Source: Mytilus trossulus
Taxonomy: Eukaryota
Length of the DNA stretch: 64,000 nt
Assembly (NCBI RefSeq): GCF_036588685.1
Contig: NC_086381.1
Coordinates: 27,590,001-27,654,000 of the forward strand
Reading direction: 5' to 3'
Of the stretch, positions 1 to 12,247 are shown in pieces. Below the pieces are notes generated by a model, which saw only the letters and a list, made by a program, of their open reading frames with translations, was not told the DNA's origin and did not search any database. Numbering within the stretch: the stretch's first letter is position 1; each line of letters starts with the position of its first letter. Position numbers and translations under genes: made by a program.

Positions 1-712
1 AACATATCCATCACTAAATTTCTGAGGTACCAAAAAGGGGGGAATGTTTCCATTTAATTTATATATCATTAATTTAATTATATTTTGCAGTAATAAAATG
101 ATTTTTAGGAATATGGTTAATGTTTTATTTAGCTGAATGCTCCATTTCAAGGAAAATGAAAAAAATGTCAAAAATATCTGCAAGATGTGCCTCTTTATCA
201 TATCAATACAAATATTTATCAATTACCTTATTGACTAAATCTAAGGACAAAAACTGTTGATTTAAAGTTGTACAATTGAACACATCTTGACAAAGGCTAT
301 TTAAAGTGCTAATTCGTTAACTGGTTAATGGGTTCTAATCCCTGTATTTTATTCCAACCAAAAGACTGTTGACAGTAACACTTATATCTATCAAACCTAT
401 ACAAATAAAGTATTGGTTTATTTAAAGGCTAATGGGTTAGAGATTATTTAAAGTCAATAGTAAGATAAAATACTTGCTGACTGGTTTTGAAAAATCACAA
501 TTGATATACGACAGATGTCTTCAAAAGATAAATTATTTACCATCTTCAGGATATTGTTTGTCTTCATGCAAGCCAATACACAAGTCACTAATACAAACAG
601 ATTAACAGACCTGAGAAAATAGTGTCCACTGTACTATCATAGACAGGGCATAAAAGTGGTACTGAAACTTATAAAATACCCAAAAAACACCATACAAAAT
701 TTGAAAAAAATG

Positions 713-822
713 AATAAAATTGAGAATGGAAATGGTGAATGTGTCAAAGAGACAACAACTCGACCATAGAGCAGACAACTGCAGAAAGTCACCAACAGGT
801 CTTCAATGCAGAGAGAAATTCT
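713..822 (+). repeat. Short interspersed repeat (partial copy)
   Basis: AATAAAATTGAGAATGGAAATGG..GAATGTGTCAAAGAGACAACAAC...CACCAACAGGTCTTCAATG is near-identical to the reverse-strand copy at 4396-4542. Confidence 0.75.
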
Positions 823-2640
823 AGCAATAAGTTTGCATTGTACTTCAGTGAAAAAGTTTGAATTAGCAGGTATAAGTATTCATTTCATAAGTATTTTTTT
901 TCATTATCGCAAAACTTAAAATCGCATTTTAGTCTAGAATGACAAAATTGAAATATTTTTTTAATTCATAATACTTGATTTTTTTCTTGCTAAATATCAT
1001 AATTATTTTATTTTAACTTACTTCAGGTGGGTAGGCAGATTTGTAAAATGTAAACATTTTATTTACAATATAATTGTTTAAATTTGTTCTTATTTTCTGA
1101 CCACAGAGAAGATTTGCTAGATTGTAGCTAACTGTGAAACCCTTTTCAAATACATTATTTACTTATTTACTTATGTATATAGTGTAGCATGCCAAATGTA
1201 TTTGTAATATTTGTTTCTACTTGTAAAAGAAAACATCATTAAAACCACAAAACAAAACATTTTAAATATCAAATCAAAGTAACTGAACATTTTTTTTTTA
1301 TCAAATGATACCATATATTTAACTAATGTCATAATAAATACTGTTTTCTCTAGGACTGACTAGTTAATAAAAACTTTTCATATGTTCCTTATCTGGGCCT
1401 TTTATAGTGGAATATACGTTATGAATATTTCTCATTGCTGAAGGCTGTATAGTATCCCATTATTGTTATGCTACGAGTGAGGCATCTAAAAGTAAGAAAA
1501 TAGTAGCTGACAGTTTGATTTGCTTAATCTCCTCTTCCTTTTCAGTAACAAACCATGATAATATATTGATGATTTATTTCCAGTGACATGTATTAAATGA
1601 AGGTTAGGATGAGAACATTCCAATGTGACATGTAAATGGACCGTGCGTTGTACAAGACTGACAGAACGATGCCAAAGCTGACAACTCTTGCTTCATACTC
1701 CTATACTCCTAGTTCTGTGTGCTACTGGGACAACCAGAAAATACCAATTATAAGTTTCTGGGTTGCCTCAACCTTGGATCTTACCAGCAAACTTTCATTC
1801 ACTAAGTCTCTTGGTACGTATGTTAGACCACTGTGGAAGAAGCAGCTATATAGGTTTTAACACTTTAGGTTGATTAGAAGAATGACAAAGCTTCTAAACA
1901 TTGCATAATTACTCATCCGATTCATTGTAAAAAAATAAATTCATGTATATTAATTTTGTCATTCTCAAAAAGGAAGAAATGCCAATGCAATACTTACTTT
2001 AAAAATAATGTAACTTTGCTATAGTCTATCTGACCAGTTGATGGAAAATCACATTACACCTGTACAACATTTGGTCTAATATATAGATTCCAATTGAATA
2101 ATTTAATAATGGATTTAATTTTAATAAATTTTTCACTGTTGGTTACAGTATTGGTTGATAGTCAGATATCAAAAACTGGAAAATAAAAAAAAAAGTCAAC
2201 CTAGATTTTGGCAAGGCTTTGTAGTTTACAATCTTCCAATCTTTAGTATAATGTGTATCTATGCATAGTCATATTGCATTCATTTCGTCTCTGTATTTCT
2301 TTTTCTTTAAGCCAATTTTGTGCATTGCATTTCTAATTGCTTTTAGCTCAATGTCCAGTAGCTATATATATAGTAAGTATTTCATGCACATTTTATTAAG
2401 ACAACCCACTTGTTCCTAAAACAAATAATAAAATATATGTGCATGACATATTTCATCTACCACATTCTAATATCATTCACAGAAATGGTAAAGTCCTTGT
2501 TTGTGTATAGGATATTATAGCCAATTATTTTTTGGATCATAAAATTAGAATAGTAGGTGTACATCTTTATGTTTTAACAAAGATTGTGTTGAAGTACAGT
2601 GCAAGTATGTCAAGTCATTTTAATAGTTACATTTAAACAT

Positions 2641-3285
2641 AAACTGTTATCACAGAGATATGTCTCGCCTTTTTGTAATTTTGATTATGAAAATGTTGAA
2701 ATCAAAATAGCAATACCTTAACATCTTACATTTAATATAATGTAATGACTGAGGGGGCGAAGCCAAATAATCTCCATGGCAATGAGATGTGACAATGCTA
2801 ATACATCTGCATACCAATTATCATTGATGTACCACAAGTGGATCTCCATAAACTGACCTAATCACAAAGTAATACATGTAAAGTAAGCAAACCATTCAAA
2901 GTCAATAGACTATGACTGAGAGGGCGGAGCCAAAAAATCTCCATGGCAATGAGATGTGGCAATGGTAATACATCTGCATACCAATTTTTATTGACGTACC
3001 ACAAGTGGATCTCCATAAACTGACCTAATCACAAACTAATACATGTAAAGTAAGCAAACCATTCAAAGTCAATAGACCATGACTGAGGGGGTGGAGCCAA
3101 ATAATCTTCATGGCAATGAGATGTGGCAATGGTAATACATCTGCATACCAATTATCATTGACATACCACTAGTGGTTCCCCATAAAACTGAGCTAATCAC
3201 AAACTAATACATTGTTGACGCCATCGCCGACGCCGGAAACAGCATACCTATGTCTTGCTTTTTGACTCCGTCAAGGCGAGACAAA
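2641..3285 (+). mobile_element. Non-autonomous Helentron-type element (HINE) with ~2.8 tandem 167-bp internal repeats
   Basis: Units start at 2745, 2912 and 3079 (ATGACTGAGGGGG..GAGCCAAA). 5' subterminal TGTCTCGCC, short GACGCC repeats, and a 3' palindrome TGTCTTGC...GGCGAGACA. Confidence 0.7.
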
Positions 3286-3547
3286 TATGATATAAGCAGA
3301 AATGTCTAAGTCCATGTTTTAATATGTGAAAAACCCAAAATAGCTCTAATTAACATTTCAAATAGATAGCAGGTGCACAGTTTATGTCCTGAAGAAGAAT
3401 ATGTGAATATTTTGTTGAACCCTGTCCAGTAAATATGAAGGAGATATTGATAAACGAAAGGGTGACATGGATGAGGACAAAGACACAAGGAGAAAGAAGT
3501 GATTCTTATGTTTCACTTTAGGTAAAGTTAAAGAACAAAAATTTATC

Positions 3548-4122
3548 AATATAATTAAATTTTATTTTTTTCAGTTTGTAACATACACTTAACTGCCCCT
3601 ACCTTTAATGATAAGATAAAACTAAAACTTCATCCCTACATAGAGGAAAAACAAAAACATAAAGCAATATATATAATAAACTATAGATGACTTGTTTTAA
3701 TCCTTGAGAAATACCACATTTACTTTTTATCAAATGAGAAATTTTGTTTTACTTTAAATTTTCTAAGTTGTATTTTTTACCATTTCTATGTTTATTTATA
3801 CAACAAAAGGATTTACATGGTATATGTGTATAACTATGATCTCTTCTTAGATTCTTAATTGTCAATTGCCAACTAAATATAATGGTTGTTATTTTTAAAT
3901 GTATTCTATAACAATGTACAAAAGTTATGTATTTTCTTTACAGTTGCTTTGTAAAAATTTAAGAGTTATCTCCCCCTTGACCATATTTTTTTCTCTCTCA
4001 CTAAACTTTCAAAAAAAATGTAAAATCATAATAACTTCCTTATCTAAAAAAAATTCAAAGTATATTTTTATAATAAACAATTCAATATTGATTAGGGAAA
4101 TAATCTTTGTATCCTTGCTATC
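3548..4122 (+). repeat. ~580-bp diverged repeat, copy 1
   Basis: Colinear with 6611-7189 (CCCCTACCTTTAATGAT..., TTGCTTTGTAAAAATTTAAGAGTTA..., ATCCTTGCTAT). Confidence 0.75.
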
Positions 4123-4395
4123 TTAATATGATGTCATATCCTACAATGATTTTCAACTTTTCCAAAACTGCTCAAGATTGCACTTTCTCATACAAAAAAA
4201 AAAAAAAATATCTTATCATACAAGTTAGCAGCCTATATATTTTAAAATTTCCATTGTTGTTTTTCATATCAAAGACATAATCATTGCCAAATGACTTTTC
4301 CAATTAGTGTGAGGCAGCTAAAAAAGAACATTTGTCAGAATTGACCTGAAATATTGAGACCCAAGAGGACATGTATGGCGTTCATTAATATCACA

Positions 4396-4542
4396 TTTGT
4401 TTAGGGGCCAGCTGAAGGACGCCTCCAGGTGCGGGAATTTCTCGCTACATTGAAGACCTGTTGGTGACCTTCTGCTGTTGTTTTTTTATTTGGTCGGGTT
4501 GTTGTCTCTTTGACACATTCCCCATTTCCATTCTCAATTTTA
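4396..4542 (-). repeat. Short interspersed repeat (same family as 713-822)
   Basis: The reverse complement matches 713-822 and extends further. Confidence 0.75.
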
Positions 4543-4608
4543 TGTACATTGTTGACAAATATTCTGCAAATACATTAACTGACCTTATTACGATAAAGTT
4601 GACCTTAC

Positions 4609-4823
4609 CTTAGTAGAGTATCTGAGCCTGGTTTCTTTGATGTCATTTGTATAGTAAACACAGCATGTGACCGTGATGATCTATCATGTACACTGGTAGC
4701 AGCTACTTTACGATGAAGCTGGCCTTGTTGTAATAGTTGTTGGGCAATCTCTTCAGTAGGAGCTTTATGAACTGACAGGTTTCTGACAACCCACACTCCA
4801 CCTGTGCCTTCTAACACATGGAC
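4609..4823 (-). CDS. Kinesin-9-like motor, coding exon 4 (switch I)
   Basis: VHVLEGTGGVWVVRNLSVH...RKVAATSVHDRSSRSHAVFTIQ contains SSRSH. Acceptor TTTTGCTAG, donor AG|GTAAG. The switch-II (DLAGSE) exon was not found in 1-4600, so the gene continues outside the window. Confidence 0.92.
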
Positions 4824-5280
4824 CTAGCAAAACACAAAACAGAATTATAAAATTTTTGTTGTAAAAATTACAATAGAAAACATACTTTACATTATTGTAG
4901 TATTAAACCAATTTTTAAGACATTTTGGCCATTCTCAACAATTGTTACATTTAAATTAAAAAGCAAAATATAAAGATTTAGTCAGTTAAACATTTATCAA
5001 AATACCGGTATTCTTGTTGTCATTTTTTTTCTGTTTGAAATGAAAACTGGAAATCTCTTTCTGTGCATGTTTTCTAATAGGCAAAGCTAAAGCCATAAGC
5101 AATAGTTTTCAAAATTTAGAAGTTTTTATTACCCCAAATTACACTGTCAGTAAAGGTATGATTTTGACAAATATTTCTTGACATGGTTTAAATTATTTCC
5201 TGATCAATATGAAAATGCTAACCATAATCAGTCCGAAAATTTTAGAAATAATATATTAAGTGAAAATAAATATATTAATA

Positions 5281-6607
5281 TACGAATATGAATACGAATT
5301 TGTTTATTATAGTGACATTGTGTATATATACAGTATAATAATAATATTTGTCAATACAATATTTGTACACCCGGCCCATTGGACCTATAAGTCACTTAAA
5401 AAATATAAATCTTTAAATCATTTCATAGTACTCATTTAGTTAAAATGTTTCTTTGCTTGGTATGGTTGAGTAAAGTTCATTTCGAAGTTCATTATAAAAA
5501 TCACAGTTAATAAGGAAATGAGTTTCACTTTCAATTTCATTTTTGCTACACATTTTACAAAGTCTGCTGTCTTCAGGTTCGCCACTAAACCGTCCTGTTT
5601 CAATTCTTAGAGGTAGAATGCCGCATCTAAATTGAGCCAACATCGACCGTTCTTTACGTTGTAGGTTAAGGTTCACATATGACTCAGCACAGAAATTATT
5701 TTTGAATGTTTTGAATGTTTGCAGTTTTGGATATCTATCTAAGTTTTTTAACCAATCAAGACCATGCTGTTCAAGTAGTGCTGATTTTGCGTTATTTATA
5801 TCACAACTCTTTCTATTGTGAAAAGTTTCCATAACTCCAATTTTTGTCATTATAGTTTTTATTTCTGCCGACCAGTTGTTTGAGCATATGCTATAGTCCC
5901 ATTGAAATATACGTTTGCAAATCCTTGAATTATCCATTAACAACAGTCTATTCCAGTAACTTATCATGTTGAGCCATCGTCGTTCTTTAGAAGGTAGCCA
6001 TCCGATATCCCCCTCTATGGCTAGTTTTGGTGCAAATTTGTGTACTCCAAGAAAATATCTAATTGATTTGTTTTGTATATTATCGATTCCGGAGAAGTCT
6101 TTGTATCCCCAAACTGAGGAGTTGTAGTCTAATACTGGTACCACACAAGAATTATACAGCTTCTCAAATGACTTAAATCCAAATTCCTTCAGATTGTGAA
6201 GTTTTGAGATAATTGCTCCTAGAGCACGTCCACCACCTTTTGCTAGATTTTCTGCGTTTGATGCAAAGTCTTTTTTCTCGTTGAATATTACTCCCAAATA
6301 TTTGTACTGACTTGTAACCTCTAATTCATTGTCTCCAATCTTGAATTTGAAAGATGTACGCTGTCGTCTGCCAGATCTGAAATGCACAACTTTGGATTTA
6401 TCTGTATTTATTAGAACTCGCCACCGTTTACACCAGTCGTATAGTTTATCCAACATCTTTTGCATATCCGTCTTGTTGTATGCTAGTAGTACAATGTCAT
6501 CTGCGTACAACAACATAGACAATTTGGTGTCTTCGATATTTATACCAAGATCTAAATTGTTCACTTCTTGCACAAGGTCATTAATGAATATAGAAAACAG
6601 AGTTGGC
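5281..6607 (-). mobile_element. 5'-truncated non-LTR retrotransposon (RT C-terminus plus CCHC knuckle; RTE-X/CR1-group-like)
   Basis: ORF 5440-6609: PTLFSIFINDL, LLYADDIVLL, YKYLGV, then LRIETGR...CKMC...ETHFLINC. On the minus strand the 3' end has AATAAA followed by an (ATTCGT)-like tail at ~5281-5300. Confidence 0.88.
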
Positions 6608-6610
6608 AAA

Positions 6611-7189
6611 CAATATAACTAAATTTCAAGTTCTTCAATTTGTTATATATTCAAACTAAACTCCCCCCTACCTTTAATGATTAGGTTGAACTAAAACTTC
6701 AACCCACATAGTTAAAAATAATCACATAAAGTAAAGATGACTTTTAAAAGCAATACATATCACAAACTTAAGATGAGTTAATTCAATCTAGGAGGGGTAT
6801 CACATTCACATTATTCCAGCTTTAGAAAAAAAATGTTTTACTTTGAATTGTTAAAGATGTATATTTTAGCATATTTCTCTGTCCATTTATACAATATAAA
6901 TGATTTACATAGTAAAAGTGTATGACCTTGTTCTCTTTTTACATTACAAAGTATCAGTTGTAAACTAGATATAATGGTTAGTATTTTTAAATGTATTCCT
7001 ACTAGACTAATTTATTCTCCTTACAATTGCTTTGTAAAAATTTAAGAGTTACCTCCCCCTTGACCATAATTTTTTTTTCTGTCACAACCATACAAACTAT
7101 AATTTCATAATTCAAAAAATTTTAAATCTATCTTTTAATAAACAATTCAATATTAATAAGGGAAATTTATGTCTTTATATCCTTGCTAT
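6611..7189 (+). repeat. ~580-bp diverged repeat, copy 2
   Basis: Colinear with 3548-4122; directly abuts the 5'-truncation point of the LINE at 5281-6607. Confidence 0.75.
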
Positions 7190-7662
7190 TAAAACACTCA
7201 AAGATTGAGTTATTAAAATTGCAAATAGTTTGATTCTTGAAAGAAACTGTGCTTCTAAACTTAAATTCAGATTCATCAGTAGAATGTGTGTGTTTCAAAA
7301 TTAGTTTGTCATATATCCAATACTAATAGCCTAATAATGACCAATCTTGAAAGATAAGTTATGCAAATCATTTCTATTTCATTTTATTAATAGATGTTTC
7401 GGGGTTAGCCCTGATGATTTTTGGGGTTAGCCCCAAAGATGTTTCCTCTGAGATATTTTTTCTGATACGTATGCTATAAATTGATTTATACTTACAAAAG
7501 ATATGAGTGTAAAAGAAAGATTTTTTTCCAGGGGCTTTTGTCCTGCTCTCGTAGTTTTGTAATGTTTTTTCGTGCAGATTTATTAATTTGAAGTAAAAGA
7601 AATTGACACCTGACATATTTTCATCTAGTTCCAACATAATCAATACTTATTAGCACTTTATG

Positions 7663-8245
7663 AAAGGAGTAGGTCCGGTAAGGACCGATTTTGGCCTCAA
7701 ATTTCAGGTTCATCTGAGGAAAGATTTTGACCACATTTTAAACACTTAAGTGTCTATTTCATCTGATTCAATTAGTTTATGTGAAATATTTTAACGGATT
7801 TAGTCATTAAAAACGCTCTGATTCACACTCAAATATGAAAAATCTACCAAATGTGCCGAAAAATGTCACTTTTCAGATGGTTTTTGTCAAAAATGAAAGT
7901 GGCCGCATCCATGTTCATTCTCAACCTTTATTTATATTATGTATTATCATCAAATAAAACTTACATTTTAATATTAAGGATGAACACAAATGCAGCCACT
8001 TTCGTTTTACAGGAAAACTGGTTAAAAATTAACTAAAATGCTAGAATTGTGAAGATTTCAGTAATTTAGCATGAGTGAATGGTGCTAGTCACGATATATG
8101 AGCATTGCATTGTCAAAACCAGCCCACATTTATGTAGCACAAGCATTTTACTGTCCAATAAATAACTAAACGATTACATTTTAACAATTTTTCTAAACTG
8201 CTATATTTTGGGGCCAAAAAGGGGTCTTACTGGACCTACTCCTTT
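7663..8245. mobile_element. MITE with terminal inverted repeats (AGG termini, Kolobok-like by inference)
   Basis: Ends AAAGGAGTAGGTCCGGTAAG ... CTTACTGGACCTACTCCTTT, with an internal inverted repeat. Second copy at 27624-28185. Confidence 0.82.
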
Positions 8246-8362
8246 GCTATAAATTTCACTTTGTTAAGATAGAAAAGAAGAAGAAAAACATACTGAACAA
8301 CAACGGCTAATAAGAAACAAGAAGTATACATCAATATGTGATTTAAGTTTGTCAGTTATTAC

Positions 8363-8513
8363 CCTAGGAAATGGTGTGTTTGGATTCTGTTGTTTGTAGT
8401 TTGGGTTCAGTAGATCATAGCCCACTTCTTGATATATCTCCATATAAGATATGTGCACATCAATTTCTTCATCTGTACGTTTCTCCAATGCTTTATATAT
8501 CATGGATAGAGAT
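8363..8513 (-). CDS. Kinesin-9-like motor, coding exon 3
   Basis: (R)SLSMIYKALEKRTDEEIDVHISYMEIYQEVGYDLLNP...FPR contains the SYxEIYxExxYDLL motif; GYDLL is typical of KIF6/KIF9. Acceptor TTTTTAG, donor AGG|GTAAT. Confidence 0.92.
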
Positions 8514-9406
8514 CTAAAAACACATAAAATTTATTCAATATATATTTATAATTCAAATTTACAAAAAATGTTGAGGTGACTCAGGATCACATCTTTATAT
8601 AAAAGTTAACACCATTTAGCCATTTACCTCTACTGAATTTACCTACATTTTGGTCTTGCAAGTTATTTCTATCCAAAATGCAATGCTTGAAAGTTTATAA
8701 GACATTTTTCATTTCAACACAAAATAAAAGATATAAGTTGTTTTCAGTATGTATGTGTGTGTGACCACTGTATGTGTGTATGTGTTAGTTAAAGACGTTT
8801 CTCATTCAAAGTTGCCTTTGAGTCAATACAAAGGAGAATTACAACCACTTTTGCAACAATTGCACTATAAATCAATTTTATCAGTTCATTTTCAGACATT
8901 ACAAGCAGATGTATGCCATGAAAAAAATATGAGAAAAAAAATGTATTGCATAAATTACACGAGAAGGTATAAAAAAGGAGATATTTGCTATATGTTATTG
9001 AGACAGAAAATTTACAATACAAAATAAACTAAAATTATTTTTCATTGAAATGGTTTCAATTTCAAATATATATAATATCAACTGGCAAATCACATGTCCT
9101 ATCCGATGAATTAATCCAACGGTGTAAGGGCATTAGAGCCAGTTTAGGTTGTTGAACACTCCAATCATCATGTTCTTTCATTTAGCAAAATGAGCACTTT
9201 AATGCATACTTGATGCATGATAAATTCATCAATGTCCCTTTATTCTTCCTGTTTGATTTTCTATGTGTAGATATAAGAAGATGTGGTAAGAGTGCCAATG
9301 AAACAACTCTCCATTCAAGTACCAAATAATAGGTTGTTCTGTATTATGTGTGTACATCATCTTATACTTTATCTAAATATATTTTACTAAACATGACATA
9401 TCTTAC

Positions 9407-9521
9407 CTGGGTTCTAGGCCCCTCATTTCATACTGTTTACCATAACCTTCAACAGTAAATGTTTTCCCAGTACCAGTCTGACCATAAGCAAAGATTGTAC
9501 CATTGAAACCATCCAAAAATC
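9407..9521 (-). CDS. Kinesin-9-like motor, coding exon 2 (P-loop)
   Basis: Hand translation gives (G)[37 protein letters not shown](R), containing the kinesin Walker A. Acceptor TTTGTAG, donor AG|GTAAG, and phases fit both neighbouring exons. Absent from the ORF track. Confidence 0.93.
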
Positions 9522-10089
9522 CTACAAATAATGGAATAAACAGATGGTTTCTTTTAATTCAATAAATATTGTACAATTAAGCATTCAAAAATGTTAAAGA
9601 TTGGCGATGAACACCTGTAAAAGAAGATGATGTCTGTATCTAATAACAGGTGATAACTTGTAGAATTGTTCTTTGAAGGGCAGCCTTTTTGTTGTTGTTT
9701 TTTAAGTTTGTATATCTAATATATGTAGAATGTATATTTTTTTAAGTTGAGGAGATGGGTTGTATATGTGTAACTTATACACCATTTTCTACATTTGAAA
9801 ATGTCTGTACTAAGTCAGGAATATGACAGTTGTTGTCCATTCGTTTGATGTGTTTTATCATTTGATTTTGACATTTGATTAGGGACTTTCAGTTTTGAAT
9901 TTTCCAGGAAGTTCAGTATATTTGTGATTTTACTTTATACTTCATAACATGTATAAGATCTACAGAACGCTTTTGAACTACTAGGATCTGAGTTACTATT
10001 GAGCTTTCAGATTATTTTTTCGCTATATTCAGATAACTCATAATTTTTTCTTGAAGTTATTAGTATATTTCTTTCGAAGACTTATTTAA

Positions 10090-10388
10090 AACAAGAATGT
10101 GTCCACAGTACACGGATGCCCCACTCGCACTATCATTTTCTATGTAAACTGGACCGTGAAATTGGAATAAATTCTCTAATTTGCCATTAAAATTAGAATG
10201 ATCTTATCACAGGGAACATGTATACTAAGTTTCAAGTTGATTGGACTTCAACTTTATCAAAAACTACCTTGACCAAAAACTTTAACATGAAGTGTAACAG
10301 ACGGACGAACGAACAGACAAACGGTCGCACAGACCAGAAAACATAATGCCCCTCTCCTATCATAGGTGGGGCATAAGTGGGGCATAAA
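10090..10388 (+). mobile_element. HINE (Helentron-associated non-autonomous element), one internal unit
   Basis: AACAAGAATGTGTCC..CACGGATGCCCC start, one ~168-bp core, (ACAG/ACGG/ACGA)n microsatellite, and 3' ATGCCCC..GGGGCAT hairpin. Homologous to 17379-17843. Confidence 0.8.
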
Positions 10389-10395
10389 AACATAC

Positions 10396-10630
10396 CTGCT
10401 ACAATATCTTTAGCAGCAACATCAAACACTTCCTCCTGTGTAGCCACATTCTTAAATATGTAGTTAAAGTGGAACTCATGGTGTACCGTAGTTCTATTGT
10501 TAGCCTTTGGATTGTTGTAGTCCCTCAACAGCTCTGGCACTCGTAAACTGAGGGTGTCATGTGACACTTCAAACTCTGGATAGTAGTCCCCTGTTGGCTT
10601 GATACGACAGAAGGTCCGTATTTGAGGCAT
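10396..10630 (-). CDS. Kinesin-9 family (KIF6/KIF9-like) motor protein, first coding exon
   Basis: MPQIRTFCRIKP...HEFHFNYIFKNVATQEEVFDVAAKDIVA matches the kinesin N-terminal beta1 (RxRP-like) and FxFDxIF...TQEEVF motifs. GT donor at 10395 (G|GTATG, phase 1). The exon extends 5' as UTR to an AG acceptor at 10689-10690. Confidence 0.88.
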
Positions 10631-11167
10631 TTCTGCTATAATCTTAGTCTGTTTTTAACTATCCTGGTTCCATTTTTCCTTCATCTACCTAGAAATGTAA
10701 AAAAAATATTAATGATAGAATGAAAATGTATCTAGATTTATTAATAAAACTAAAAGAAAGTACTAAGATGAATATAACTATTATTCAGAGAGTACAGAAC
10801 ATCAAAGTTAAATTCTGACAATTCATTGCTTTATTTGGAGAGTACCTTATGAGGAATCTTTCTGTTGACTTTAATCAAGCAGAATTAAGATGCAGAAGTT
10901 TTCCCCATGTTTTTGTTCAATATTTTGTTCATAAATTAGGCTGCAAATTTTCTTGTTTGAATTATTTTACATTTGTCATTTCATGGCCTTTTATAGCTGA
11001 CTACATGTATGAAGTATGGGCTTTGCTCATTGCTGAAGGTTATATTTTATAGTAACCAATAGTTGTTAAATTCTGTGTTATTTTGTCTCTTCTAAAGAGT
11101 TGTCAATCATATATACCACATCTTCCTTTTACATATTGACTTTTGACAATTAAGATTTATCTCAAAC

Positions 11168-11704
11168 TTGAGGGAGAAAGCTGAGGTAGCTATGAAAAGC
11201 CTATCCGCAACAAAGAAAGAACTACACCAAAATGAACGACTGACAAGAGATGCTATTACCAGCAGCAACTACAATGAACAATATTCTCGCAAAAACAACG
11301 TAAGAGTTATAAACTTTCCATGGCGAGAGCGACAAGATCTGAGTGCGGACTTTATTAGTAAAGTGAAAAGGGACATGAATGTTGAACTTGAGGAAAGAGA
11401 TGTTGTCGCCATCCATAGAATTCCATCTGACAAATTAGGACCAAAGCCTCTTATTGTGAGATTATTCAGTAGTGATGTCAAACGAAGAGTGATGCCAGAA
11501 AAGAAGAATTTACAAGACCATGTAAGATTTTATGATGACATTTCCAAAAGAAACATTGAACTGATGAAAAGACTAAATGAGACTGAATGGTTCAGCGACG
11601 TATGGTACTTCAACTGTGGTGTATATGGAAGGATATCTGATGGTCTACAGCTGAAGTTCAATATATTTGATGACATTTTTCTAAGATTGAGACAAAGGAA
11701 ATAA
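11168..11704 (+). CDS. LINE ORF1p C-terminal part (coiled-coil end, RRM, CTD), 5'-truncated
   Basis: EQYSRKNNVRV, AIHRI and PKPLIVRL motifs are typical of L1-like ORF1. The ORF begins at the truncation point with no true start. Confidence 0.75.
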   Translation: MREKAEVAMKSLSATKKELHQNERLTRDAITSSNYNEQYSRKNNVRVINFPWRERQDLSADFISKVKRDMNVELEERDVVAIHRIPSDKLGPKPLIVRLFSSDVKRRVMPEKKNLQDHVRFYDDISKRNIELMKRLNETEWFSDVWYFNCGVYGRISDGLQLKFNIFDDIFLRLRQRK

Positions 11705-12247
11705 GTAGTTAACTTACTACTTGACTTTCATTGTTACATGTACATTATGTCTTGATGAACTTTGGTTTATTTTTTAAACATGTTAAAAGTGCTATTCTTA
11801 TTTTTATGGGACAAATCTTAATACTATAAAAGTTGTCTCCACTTTGTAAAATAGTTGACCATGTCATAACTGATAAATCATATACAGGATATATAAAATT
11901 GAAAGAACAATTATACTGCAAAAAACTAAAAAAAAATTTTACATTATTTCAATCAAAAATGTATGCCATTTTGATGCTTAATTTTTGTTTTTATCTTTTT
12001 TCTTTTCTTTCCAGTCCTTCATTCTTTTTATTAATTATTGCATTTCTGCAATATCATTCCATTACATTTTGTTTTGGTTTAGTTTATGGTGAGTTATCCT
12101 GTTTATCATTTTTATGCATCTTTATGTTGGTGAAATGTTTTTCTTTAGTATTGTTACACATATATGGAGAAGACTCAGATACACTGTATTAATATTAGAT
12201 TTTTTTAAGGTCATGCTATGTGCTAGTGTATTTACTGACATCATATC

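Noticed and set aside
1636-1860. 74-aa ORF or missing kinesin switch-II exon
   Set aside because: No DLAGSE or other recognisable motif in the frames I read.
2745-3210. CRISPR-like array (also considered for 34922-35453)
   Set aside because: Contiguous tandem units without unique spacers, eukaryotic context and no cas genes.
10232-10395. C-terminal half of the 132-aa ORF as kinesin sequence
   Set aside because: It lies past the GT donor, inside a HINE element.
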